64,000 nt of DNA, from assembly GCA_027491735.1 (NCBI GenBank), contig JAOZGP010000023.1:32001-96000 (forward strand), written 5' to 3'. Source of the DNA: Thermoproteota archaeon. GTDB lineage: Archaea; Korarchaeota; Korarchaeia; Korarchaeales; Korarchaeaceae. Shown piece after piece: positions 9,838 to 19,244 of this stretch (position 1 is its first letter; each line of letters begins with the position of its first letter). Both the position numbers and the translations under genes were made by a program. The notes beneath the pieces are model-generated. The model made no database searches. It saw only the letters and a program-made list of their open reading frames with translations, and was not told the origin of the DNA.

Positions 9838-12038
9838 CCCGGAGACCTAGACACAAAGCTGGACGTCCACTTGGGCAGAGGGAGTGGAGATTCAGAGTAC
9901 ATGGACTTCCAGGCCTCGTCTGTGAGCCTGGAGCTCATGGGGACCTTGAACTCGTAGTATGTCAGCACGGGACCGACGAACAGGTTGATCCTTCCGTTCA
10001 CCTTCACCGCCACGACCATGAGGGAGAACTTCCCCACTCCCTCCTCCAGAACCTGCTTCGAGTTGGACTCCGTGTGGACGTCGGCCACTAAGAGCGTCGA
10101 GGTGCTCCTATCATCGAGGCCGGAGAGCAGGTCCTCAAGGACCTCTCCCATCCTGATCTCGAGGTTTGGATCCTTTCCCGAAAGTTCCTCCAGCGAGACC
10201 TTATGGAGCTTGTCCAGGAGGAGGGCTAGGTTGCTCAGCTTCTCCCTCTGCGTCGAATTGAGGAGACCCATCTTGTCCAGCCCCTCAAGGGTCATCTCAG
10301 TGAGCTCCCTGAGTTTCAGGTAGACCTCTGGCATGGGCTCCACGTAGACCTTCCCGACGGAGGGCGGAAGTGCTGTGAACTTGACCGTGTAGCTCTGTTT
10401 AACGTAGAGTATGGTGTCGTGTCTGAGCTCGGTCCACGAGGCAAGAGCGGAGAGGAGCTGTCGATCCTGCCAAGCTTCCGTCCTCATGAAGGTGGGATAC
10501 CCCTCCTCCCTCTCTCCTATCACGCTCCTAAGGACATCCAGCCAGGCCCAGTAGAGGTTCCTGCAGGTCAGGTTGGAGAACTCCCTCCTGAGGGACATAA
10601 CCTTCTCCTCGTAACCCTTGTAGTCAGCATCCCCTGCCCTCTCGATTATGCTGAGGGCCCTGTCCGATCCCAGGACGGCCATGACATCCAATCCCCTCGG
10701 AAATCCTCTGGCCGGGCCAAGAGGGGTCATGACCAAGGTGAACGGCTTGTCATCCCCTGTGTACGCTCCAACAGACGGAGCAACCAGGCTGCCCATGATG
10801 TAGGAGTCCGGAACGTATCTCTGACCGAAGAACCTCATCCCCTTGGAGAGGTACAGGCACCTCTCCAGCTCCTCCGGACTGAGGCTGCTCGCCTGGCAGT
10901 TGCCCGTCCCGGAGTATATCCTCGGCATCCTCATGGAGTTGAGCTCCTTCCTGAGCTCGCTGATCCTGCCCACGATCTGGTCTGGGGAGATCTCACTGCC
11001 GAAGACCTTGTTCATTGCGTCCAGGTACTCGCATGGGGTCAGGTCATCGGAAATCCCGACGAAGAAGGAGGTCACGGCGTATATCCTCCTCCACCGCTCC
11101 GCGACTCCTGTCGAAGAGACTTGGGCAGATATCAGAGCTGCTTGGAGGGTCTCCCTGTCGGCCACATCCTTGGGCACGAGCCTTCCGTTCACTGAGTTGA
11201 GGAGGAAGGTCATCCTCCCGTACCACATCATGGCCTTGAAGTACCTCCTCAGGGTCTCCGAGCGAGTATAGTGTCCCCTAGGCAGGTACTGACTGTAGTC
11301 CTCCTCGTATTGAAATATCGGACTCTTAGCAAAGCCCCTATGTCCCTCTATGAGGGATAGCTCCTGGCCCACCTCTTGAGAGACGTAGTCCGGAGGATCG
11401 AAGCTTGGATCCAGCAGCTTCTTCGCCACACTGAAGAAAGCAACGTTCTCCCTGGCAGCCTCCCTAACAGCTCCGCTGGAGATCCCGTACAGCCTCTCGT
11501 TGGCCTTCAGGAGCTCCTTCGTTATCAATTCGAGGTCCTTGTGAAGGCTCTCCTCCTCCACGCTGGAGAGGAGGTTGTCGTAAAACACGTGGTAGACGTG
11601 GAGCATGGAGTCCACAGTGACATAGGTGGGCATTCCCTCGATGAGCTTGTAAGCGTCAACCGGCTGGTCCGTGTAGAAGCTCCAAGTTCCATCACCCAGA
11701 ACGACGAACCCGTTTCTCAGGAGCATGTCCTTATCGGAGTCACTTAAACGAAGTCTGTCCGTCAGATCCCAATTGGAGATCTCGTCGACGGACAGAGGGA
11801 GAGCGTACTGAGGTGTCTCGGCGCTGACCTGCTCAGAACTGAGCGTCCCTTCCATCAGAGCAGGTTTCCTCAGACTCTCAAGCGTGTAAGGGATCTCAGA
11901 GGAGGGACCTCCCCGGGAGGAGCTGCTCACCTCCTCAGAAGGAGCTTTGTTTGTAAGGAACAGAGCAGCGGCAATGCCTGCAGCCATCAGGAGAACGGCC
12001 ACCGCGGCGATCGCGCCTAAAGTCCTCACATACCTCAC
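9834..12038 (-). CDS. Membrane-anchored DUF3160-domain protein
   Basis: N-terminal TM helix and Ser-rich linker; DYSQYLPRGHYTRS...YFKAMMWYGR, ASWTELRHDTILY and YYEF...RLTDEAW motifs. Confidence 0.85.
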   Translation of the reverse strand: MRYVRTLGAIAAVAVLLMAAGIAAALFLTNKAPSEEVSSSSRGGPSSEIPYTLESLRKPALMEGTLSSEQVSAETPQYALPLSVDEISNWDLTDRLRLSDSDKDMLLRNGFVVLGDGTWSFYTDQPVDAYKLIEGMPTYVTVDSMLHVYHVFYDNLLSSVEEESLHKDLELITKELLKANERLYGISSGAVREAARENVAFFSVAKKLLDPSFDPPDYVSQEVGQELSLIEGHRGFAKSPIFQYEEDYSQYLPRGHYTRSETLRRYFKAMMWYGRMTFLLNSVNGRLVPKDVADRETLQAALISAQVSSTGVAERWRRIYAVTSFFVGISDDLTPCEYLDAMNKVFGSEISPDQIVGRISELRKELNSMRMPRIYSGTGNCQASSLSPEELERCLYLSKGMRFFGQRYVPDSYIMGSLVAPSVGAYTGDDKPFTLVMTPLGPARGFPRGLDVMAVLGSDRALSIIERAGDADYKGYEEKVMSLRREFSNLTCRNLYWAWLDVLRSVIGEREEGYPTFMRTEAWQDRQLLSALASWTELRHDTILYVKQSYTVKFTALPPSVGKVYVEPMPEVYLKLRELTEMTLEGLDKMGLLNSTQREKLSNLALLLDKLHKVSLEELSGKDPNLEIRMGEVLEDLLSGLDDRSTSTLLVADVHTESNSKQVLEEGVGKFSLMVVAVKVNGRINLFVGPVLTYYEFKVPMSSRLTDEAWKSMYSESPLPLPKWTSSFVSRSPG

Positions 12039-12169
12039 CGATCTGAATCATGAGTGAGTCGATAAATAAGCTTTCCTGAAAGGTTCCATGTGGATTGAAC
12101 TTCTCTCTAAGGACCACCAAACTCGATAATTCTTTAAGACTGAATTCCTGTGGAGTGTCCGGTCCTCTT

Positions 12170-12918
12170 CCAGCTGATGTTCACCCGGAAGAACCTACAC
12201 GAGGTCCCGAGGTCGTGGAGGGCGCTACGCGCTCGGACAAAACCGCATGCTCCCGATCTCCACCTCCTCCCTGGGGTGAGGCTTCAAACCGCGAGGAATA
12301 TGTTCCTGTTCATCTGTAAGACGAGGGACCTCGAGGTCGATGCGGAGGGGCCGGTCGAATACCCGGACTACGGCTACTATCATCCGCTCCACGTCATAAC
12401 TGCAGGCCGTTAACGGAGCCGAACAAGCTGAACATAGGGATTGTGTTTTACGGTGGAATGCACTTAGAGTCCGTTGAGGTTCTGAAGGGCGAAAAACTGT
12501 GATGTTGATAGCTGATTCAACTGGAGAGATGGTGAAGGTCGAGACGGTCGAAGACAGCATAGAGAGGGGGAACCGTAACGAGGACGCTTAACCCGAAGTG
12601 GATCGAGGAGATGCTTAAACACGGATTTTTTGGGGGGTTCAGAAGATCACCGAGAGGGTGGGGTACCTTCTTGGTCTGTCAGCCACCACAGGAGCGGTTG
12701 AGAACTGGATTTGGGATAGGGTTGCTGGGAGGTTTGTACTCGACAGCGAGCTCTTCGAGAGGTTGAGGAAGGAAAATCCTTACGCGACCAAGGAGCTGCT
12801 CGAAAGGTTGCTCGAAGCCAATAGGAGGGGTTACTGGAAGGCGAGGGATGACGTATTGGAGGAGATAGAGGAGAGATATCTGGAGCTGGACGGAATGCTT
12901 GAGGATGAAATAGCTTGA
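12170..12918 (+). pseudogene. cobN: Cobaltochelatase CobN / Mg-chelatase H family relic with large internal deletion and several frameshifts
   Basis: N-terminal fragments (PVEYPDYGYYHP, NIGIVFYGGMH) are joined to C-terminal fragments (MLIADSTGE, TRTLNPKWIEEMLKHG, YLLGLSATTGAVENW, LLEANRRGYW) in shifting frames. Confidence 0.8.
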
Positions 12919-13160
12919 CACAGCACAAACTCTCAGATTCTGCCTTTAACGAATTGCCATAGGACCATCATCAGCTCCAAGGCCCTCCTCCACACTGTAA
13001 GCTTTCTTAAAGCCTTCAATTTTGGACCTCGGTGGTCACCGTCCTAGGTGCGGAAGAGGGGCTCCTTCGTGGGGAGGTTACAACATGTTCATGCGGATGT
13101 TCCGTAGAGACTCAAGAGCCTGAGGTCCACGTCGGACCTGCATCATCGCCTGGTCAGCAC

Positions 13161-14784
13161 TCAAGACCTCTGACGGCTGGGTTCTTTCATCCGGCTCTTG
13201 AAGATCTCTCTGATCCTCTCCAGGGTGTCCGCCTCATCCGGGGACTTGTCATTCCTTATCCTGACTATTCTGGCGAACCTGAGGGCGAAGCCGCTCCTGT
13301 ACTTCGGACTCCTCTGAATCTCGTTGAAGGCCACCTCGACCACGATCTCCGGCCTGACCCTGATGATCCCGTCGGCCCTCTCCACGGCTATCGACTTCAG
13401 CTTCTCGGTCATCCACTCGAACTCCTCGTCGCTCAGACCCTTGAACGTCTTTCCGACGACCTCAAATCCGTCATCTGCTCTGGCTGCAAGGTAATAGTCG
13501 CTGAACCACCTGTGTCTTCTCCCGTAACCCCTCTCCGCCGCCACCACAACGAGATCCAGCGTGTCCGTGTGCTTGAACTTCAACCAGTGCCTCCCCCTGG
13601 TGCCGGGGAGATAGGGGGATCTAAGGTCCTTGAGAATCACCCCCTCGTGTCCTTCCCTCACAGCTCGGCTGAAGAAATCCCTTGCCTCCTCAGAGCTCTC
13701 CGTCACGATGCAGGGGATCGACCTCACGCAGTCATCATCGAGCATCTCAATCAGGTCTTCCAGAACCCTCCTTCTCTCAACGTAAGCCCTATCCACAAGG
13801 ATCTTCTCACCCACGAGAAGGACGTCGAACAGGTAGAGCCTCAGGGGTATCTCCTCCATAAGGCCGTCATCCGGACGGGACCTCCTGAACCTCCTCATGA
13901 GGACTTGGAAGGGCAGGGGGGCTCTCCCTCTCCGCTATGAGCTCCCCCTCCAACACCGCCCTGCTGAACCTAAGCCCTGCGATCTCAGGCACCATCCTCG
14001 TAACGTCGGACATCCTTCTGCTGAACACCCTAACCCTCTCCCCGTTTGAATGGACCTGAACCCTCACACCATCCAGCTTGTACTCGAGGGCGCACCTCCC
14101 GAGCTCCCTCAGCGCCTCGTCCAGGCCACGAGCCGTCTGAGCCAGCATGGGTCTGACGAGCCTGAAGGGCACTAGCTTGACCCCAAGGATCTCCTCTCTG
14201 CTCATCTTCAGGATGGAGTAAGGCTCTCCAACGAGCATCGTGGCTCTGATCACGGCCTCCTTGGGGAGCCCTCTGGCCTCCGCCACAGCCTCCAGCAGGA
14301 GGCCCTCGTTCAGGCCTAGCCTCGTCTCCCCCACCAGGGCGTTTGTGAGGAGCCACACCTCATCCGAACCCAGCGAGGATAACAGCGATCTGAGGATCTC
14401 CTTCTTTCTTCTCCTGGATCCTCGACCGCTGATCTCAGAAATCCTCTCGAGCTGCCTGTACACCTCATTAACCGTCTGTTCCTCCTTGAACAGGGATGTC
14501 TGCCTCTTGGCCGATCTCATGAGGCGGCTCACGGCCTCGCCCAGGTCCACGCCCTCTGCCCTTCCCTTCCCGGAGAGCTCTTCAGCGACCTTGAGGATAG
14601 TGGACCAGGAGACGTCAAGCCTCCTCCCATCCTTGAAGACCTTGCCCGTCAGGATGAGGGCAGCCTTCTCGGCCTCTTCCGAGTCAAGCTCCCTCATCAA
14701 CGAGGCCAGGAGGAGGATCTTCTCCCTCCTGGATCTGGTGGACGCGATCTTTCTGGCAAGCCTCGAGAGCTCAGAGAACATCAT
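13161..14784 (-). pseudogene. lig: ATP-dependent DNA ligase split by a frameshift (pseudogene or sequencing error)
   Basis: ORF 13867-14784 has EYKLDGVRVQVH and EGELI; ORF 13161-13898 has LFDVL, EGVILK, WLKFK and ALRFARI. The frame changes at a G6 run (13916-13921), restoring PLPFQVLMRRFRR. Confidence 0.88.
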
Positions 14785-14874
14785 TCAGTCTATGACCCGG
14801 TGACACGATAAAAATGCTCCAGGCCCATCGATCAGATTAATATCTTTGACACGGGCGTACTCGGGGCACCGGTC

Positions 14875-16665
14875 ATGGAGAGGGTCATACCGAGTCTCGA
14901 CGAGATCACCCCGGAGAAGTTCAAGGAGACCTTCAAAAGAATTTTGGAGGTCAAGAGGAGGGCTGGGATAACTCCTCTCCTGGACAACCCGTCAGACCTG
15001 CTGGACAGGGCCAAGCTCTACGGGATGCAGTACAGGAACGGATCCTGGAACTGGGCCTCCAACATATGGAGCAGGTCCGCAGCAAACACCGTGGTGATAG
15101 AGGAGGACGACCAGCTTCGGAGGGAGCACAAGCTCCTCCTCATGAGGGTTCTGGAGCACATACTCGCTCAGGGACCTCTGATAAAGGTCGATGGATATGT
15201 GGGTAAGCCGGGCACGAGGGCTCAGATGCACGCAGCGGTCTATGTGGATCCTCAGTTTCCGGACATAGCCTACAGATGGAGCCAGCTCGTCTTCCCAGCC
15301 CCGCCGGAGGAGAATCCCGAGGTGGAGGTGTTCGTCATACCCCACTACCTGGGCAACCCGAGGATCCCCGGCACGGACAGGCTTCTCATGGTGATGAGGT
15401 TCCCCCACCACAACCTCACTGTGGTGACGATGTCCTCCTACCAGGGAGAGGTAAAGAAGGCTGTCCTAACTCACTGGATCTACCACGTCTACAGGAAGGG
15501 AGGAACAGGGGAGCACGCCTCACTGAGAGAGTTCACGGTCAGAAGGGTCGATGGAGCCTGGCGCAGGATCGTGATGTGCGTGTGGGGCCTCACGGGCACG
15601 GGTAAGTCCACCCACGGCCTCTACGTCTGGACCCCAAGGAACTCGAGGATCTACGTGGAGAAGTTCGGCGTGAATCCTCTGGACCACGTGAGGGATCAGG
15701 TGATAAGGAACGATGACATAGTGGCGATATTCGAGGACAGGGTCGTGGGATCTGAGAGGGGGTCATGGACAAAGACCGAGGATCTATCCCCAGATCAGGA
15801 GGTCATGTGGAGGGCGGCCATGAGTCCCAGAGCTCTTCACGAGAACACCGAGTTCGACGAGGACGGAATGCCGAGCTTCAGGGGGGGGCTCTTCCAGTAT
15901 TTCGGAGCTCCTAACAGGAACTCGAGGAGCGTCCTCTACCTGGACGACACAGGCTACTTCGACGGGGATGTGGAGTCGAGCGGTCCCCTGACCACAGCGG
16001 TCTTCCTCTCCCCAGGTTACTTCACCGACTACGCTTGGGTGAGGATAGACGACGTGGCCCTCGCAGCCAAGTTCCTGGCCGACGGTAGAACGATAGGTCA
16101 TCCCGCTCAGGCCAAGGAGGTTGTGGGGAGGATGAGGTTTGTCGCTAGGTACGCGAAGCCCTTCACGATCGGCGTCAGGAGCACGGATCACGTGGTGAGG
16201 TTCTACGAGTACTTGAGGAGGAGAAGGGAGCAGGGCAACCCTGTGGAGGTGTACGCCTGCAACACAACGGGGCGCATAGTGGCCGAGTACAGGTGGGTCA
16301 GGAAGAAGGTGGGGGACAGGGAGATGGAGGCGCCCGAGCCGATCTTGGTGGAGGTCAACGGGATACTCAGGGCGAGGGGAGGAACGAGGCCCTCTATAGA
16401 GGAGACAGAGCTTTTCCTGCTGCAGGCCAGCAGAGGAGCGGTGAAGTTCAAGCCCCATCCCGTCTGGAGGGAGAAGGTCATGGTCCCAGATGAGGTCCCG
16501 GGCATCAGCAAGGAGAGGCTTAGGGAGCTCGATCCCACAAGCTACATGGACATGGACGAGTTCAGAAGGCTTCTGAAGGCCCAGATCGAGGAGAGCAAAT
16601 ACTACCTGGACAGAGACTGTCCAGGTCTTCCCAGTGAGATATACACAGCCATGGACTTCGACTGA
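14875..16665 (+). CDS. Divergent phosphoenolpyruvate carboxykinase (ATP-type-like)
   Basis: YQGEVKK, HAS, Walker A GLTGTGKST, NDD, ERGSWTKT, ENT, NSRS and NTTG motifs in PEPCK order. Confidence 0.75.
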   Translation: MERVIPSLDEITPEKFKETFKRILEVKRRAGITPLLDNPSDLLDRAKLYGMQYRNGSWNWASNIWSRSAANTVVIEEDDQLRREHKLLLMRVLEHILAQGPLIKVDGYVGKPGTRAQMHAAVYVDPQFPDIAYRWSQLVFPAPPEENPEVEVFVIPHYLGNPRIPGTDRLLMVMRFPHHNLTVVTMSSYQGEVKKAVLTHWIYHVYRKGGTGEHASLREFTVRRVDGAWRRIVMCVWGLTGTGKSTHGLYVWTPRNSRIYVEKFGVNPLDHVRDQVIRNDDIVAIFEDRVVGSERGSWTKTEDLSPDQEVMWRAAMSPRALHENTEFDEDGMPSFRGGLFQYFGAPNRNSRSVLYLDDTGYFDGDVESSGPLTTAVFLSPGYFTDYAWVRIDDVALAAKFLADGRTIGHPAQAKEVVGRMRFVARYAKPFTIGVRSTDHVVRFYEYLRRRREQGNPVEVYACNTTGRIVAEYRWVRKKVGDREMEAPEPILVEVNGILRARGGTRPSIEETELFLLQASRGAVKFKPHPVWREKVMVPDEVPGISKERLRELDPTSYMDMDEFRRLLKAQIEESKYYLDRDCPGLPSEIYTAMDFD

Positions 16666-17075
16666 CCGTTCTGGTTCTCCACCGCATTTGACCTTCAATA
16701 CATCCGTGGCGAAGGACCTCCCCCCTCAGGTCTCATCGGAGGGCTTTCAGGGAGAGGGCCCCATGCTCACCCTCCTAAGCTCGCCCTTTCGGGCTTATCC
16801 TCACCTCCTCACATCTTGAGCGGAGCTCATCCTCGCTGCATCTGCTCCGACTGCGAGATCAGTCCACTCCATCGACCAGATAGCGCACGAAGTCCGGGGA
16901 CTGACCCTCCCGATCCCACTGGGAGGATCGCTGGGAAGGCGTTCGGCGAGTTCAACGAGAGGACCTCATCCTCGTGGGGGTCCTCCTGGGGGATTATGCT
17001 GCGTGCCGAGGCCCAAGACACCCCGCAGGAGAGGTATGTGAAGGTGCTGCTTGACCTAATGATCAGATAGCTTAG

Positions 17076-18578
17076 CTATTCGAACTCTATTGTTGCTGGG
17101 GGCTTGTTTGTGACGTCGTAGAGAACCCTGTTGACACCCTCAACCTCGTTGACTATCCTGGAGGAGATCTTCTCCATGAGGCTCCACGGGAGCTTGGCAA
17201 AGCTTGCGGTCATGGCGTCAGCACTCTTCACAATCCTCAGGGCGATCATGTACTCATATGTCCTCCTATCTCCCTGCACACCGACGCTCCTCAACGACAG
17301 AAGAACGGGAAAGGCCTGCCAGACCTTTCTGTAGTATCCCGATCTCCTCATCTCCTCCTCAACTATCTTATCAGCCTTCCTGAGCATTCTGAGCTTGTCC
17401 TCCGTCACCTCGCCCACTATCCTTATCGCCAGCCCCGGACCTGGGAAGGGGTGCCTCTCCACGAGCTTCCTTGGAAGGCCAAGCATCCTGGCGAGCTCCC
17501 TCACCTCGTCCTTGTAGAGGCCTGAGAGGGGTTCTATGAGCTCCCTCCCGGTGTCAGGCATCACCACGTTGTGGTGGCTCTTTATCCTGTGGGCAGCTCT
17601 ACTGCTTGCGGCGCTCTCTATTCTGTCGGGGTAGATGGTCCCCTGACCTATGAACTCAAACCCCCTAGACTCCCTGCTGAAGATCTCAGCGAACTTCTCG
17701 GCTATGATCCTCCTCTTCTCCTCCGGATCCACAACCCCTCTGAGCGCCTTCAGGAACTCGTAGGATGCGTCTATGTACCTCACCCTGAAGCCCATCCTCT
17801 TCAGAATGTTCAGAACCTCCTTAGGCTCGTCCTCCCTCAGAAGCCCCGTGTTCACAAAGAGGACCTCCAGTCCGTCCCCGACAGCCCTCTTCATCAGCAG
17901 GGCGGCGGTCATTGAGTCCACTCCACCGCTCACGGCCACGAGAACCTTTCCCCTTCCAACCCTCCTCCTCACCTCCTCGATCTTCTCCTCCGCGTATCCC
18001 ATCATGTTCCAGTCCCTCCTGGCCCTGCAGATCGTCAGGAAGTTGTCCAGGACCTTCCTCCCCCTCGGGGTGTGCTTCACCTCCGGGTGGAACTGCACCC
18101 CATAAAATCCATTGGGCAACCTGAAGGCGGCGATCCTAGTGTTCCTGGTGTACGCCAGGACCTTGGATCCCCCAGGAGGCTCCACGACCTGATCCCTGTG
18201 GCTCATCCAAACCTTCTCCCTCCTCCTCAGCCCCTTGAAGATCTGGTCCCTCGCCCTGAGGTACAGGGTGGCCACGCCGAACTCCCCCGCCCCCCTCTCC
18301 ACCCTCCCCCCGTAGAGCTGAGCCAGGAGCTGATGTCCGTAGCAGATCCCCAGAACCGGAACCCCTCTGTCGGACAGCTCGTCGAGATAGCTTCTGTCGA
18401 TTGTTGGAGCATCCTCCTCGTAGACGCTTCTCGGTCCTCCTGAGAGGATAACCCCATCTACGTCTTCCCTCGGCTTGAAATCCCTCCAGGGAATTATCTC
18501 TCCTCTAACCCCCAGCTCCCGCACCCTCCTGTTTATTAGGTGGGTGTACTGGGACCCGAGATCCACGACGCAGAGCAT
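17076..18578 (-). CDS. guaA: GMP synthase (glutamine-hydrolysing), fused GATase and ATPPase
   Basis: DLGSQYT, GICYGHQ, QFHPEV, SGGVDS, IKSHHNV, HPFPGPGL and KPPATIEFE motifs. Confidence 0.96.
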   Translation of the reverse strand: MLCVVDLGSQYTHLINRRVRELGVRGEIIPWRDFKPREDVDGVILSGGPRSVYEEDAPTIDRSYLDELSDRGVPVLGICYGHQLLAQLYGGRVERGAGEFGVATLYLRARDQIFKGLRRREKVWMSHRDQVVEPPGGSKVLAYTRNTRIAAFRLPNGFYGVQFHPEVKHTPRGRKVLDNFLTICRARRDWNMMGYAEEKIEEVRRRVGRGKVLVAVSGGVDSMTAALLMKRAVGDGLEVLFVNTGLLREDEPKEVLNILKRMGFRVRYIDASYEFLKALRGVVDPEEKRRIIAEKFAEIFSRESRGFEFIGQGTIYPDRIESAASSRAAHRIKSHHNVVMPDTGRELIEPLSGLYKDEVRELARMLGLPRKLVERHPFPGPGLAIRIVGEVTEDKLRMLRKADKIVEEEMRRSGYYRKVWQAFPVLLSLRSVGVQGDRRTYEYMIALRIVKSADAMTASFAKLPWSLMEKISSRIVNEVEGVNRVLYDVTNKPPATIEFE

Positions 18579-19244
18579 TGAGGTATCGCCTTCCTCACAA
18601 AAATAACTTTTCTGCAGGACACGGTGGTCGATCGTTCCACTCGCTCCTCCAGACCTCCATCAATCTGCGGACGTCGACAAACCTTGGAGATTCATGAGAG
18701 CATCTACCCAGGCTCGAGTTGCGATCTAAGGAGATGTGGGGTGAGAAATTGGAAGAACGAGAGAAGAGCGAACACCACACCGGATGACCTTCCATCACCA
18801 TCCTGGGACGCTCTGTCCCAGGCTTAGAACAGGACGTGGGGCTTCGTTAACCTGTTGTCGGTGAGATAGAAGCACAGAAGTAATCGGTTCTCCTTCCCCA
18901 CAGCTGATACTCGAAGTGCCCTCATCACTTCGCTCTGGAGAGCATAAAGTCCTCGCTTTCCTTTTTATGAAGCTTTTCGAGAGGTTGTTTATTTCCATCC
19001 TTCCAGTAGGCGGCCCTATGATTTTCAATCCTTTCAACTGTTCTCAAGCCTCCCTTCGGCCTCCTTACCTCCACGACCTCATCTCACTCCGAGAGGATTT
19101 CGGCGATTCTCGTCCCTTGAGGGTGGACAGAAAGTTGTTTAATCAAGTCATGATTTAGATGCATGAGTTAGTACCTGAGCAAGGATTTAATCCCTCGTCG
19201 TGCTGGCGTCCACGTTAAGGGGCGGAAGTTCGCTATGAATCCGG

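Noticed and set aside
13032-16698. Long antisense ORFs (13032-13940 +, 15784-16698 -) and many similar shadow ORFs elsewhere
   Set aside because: They lie opposite well-supported genes and have no recognisable motifs; this is expected from codon bias.
17076-18578. Fused guaA as a novelty
   Set aside because: Single-chain GMP synthases are common and known in several archaea.
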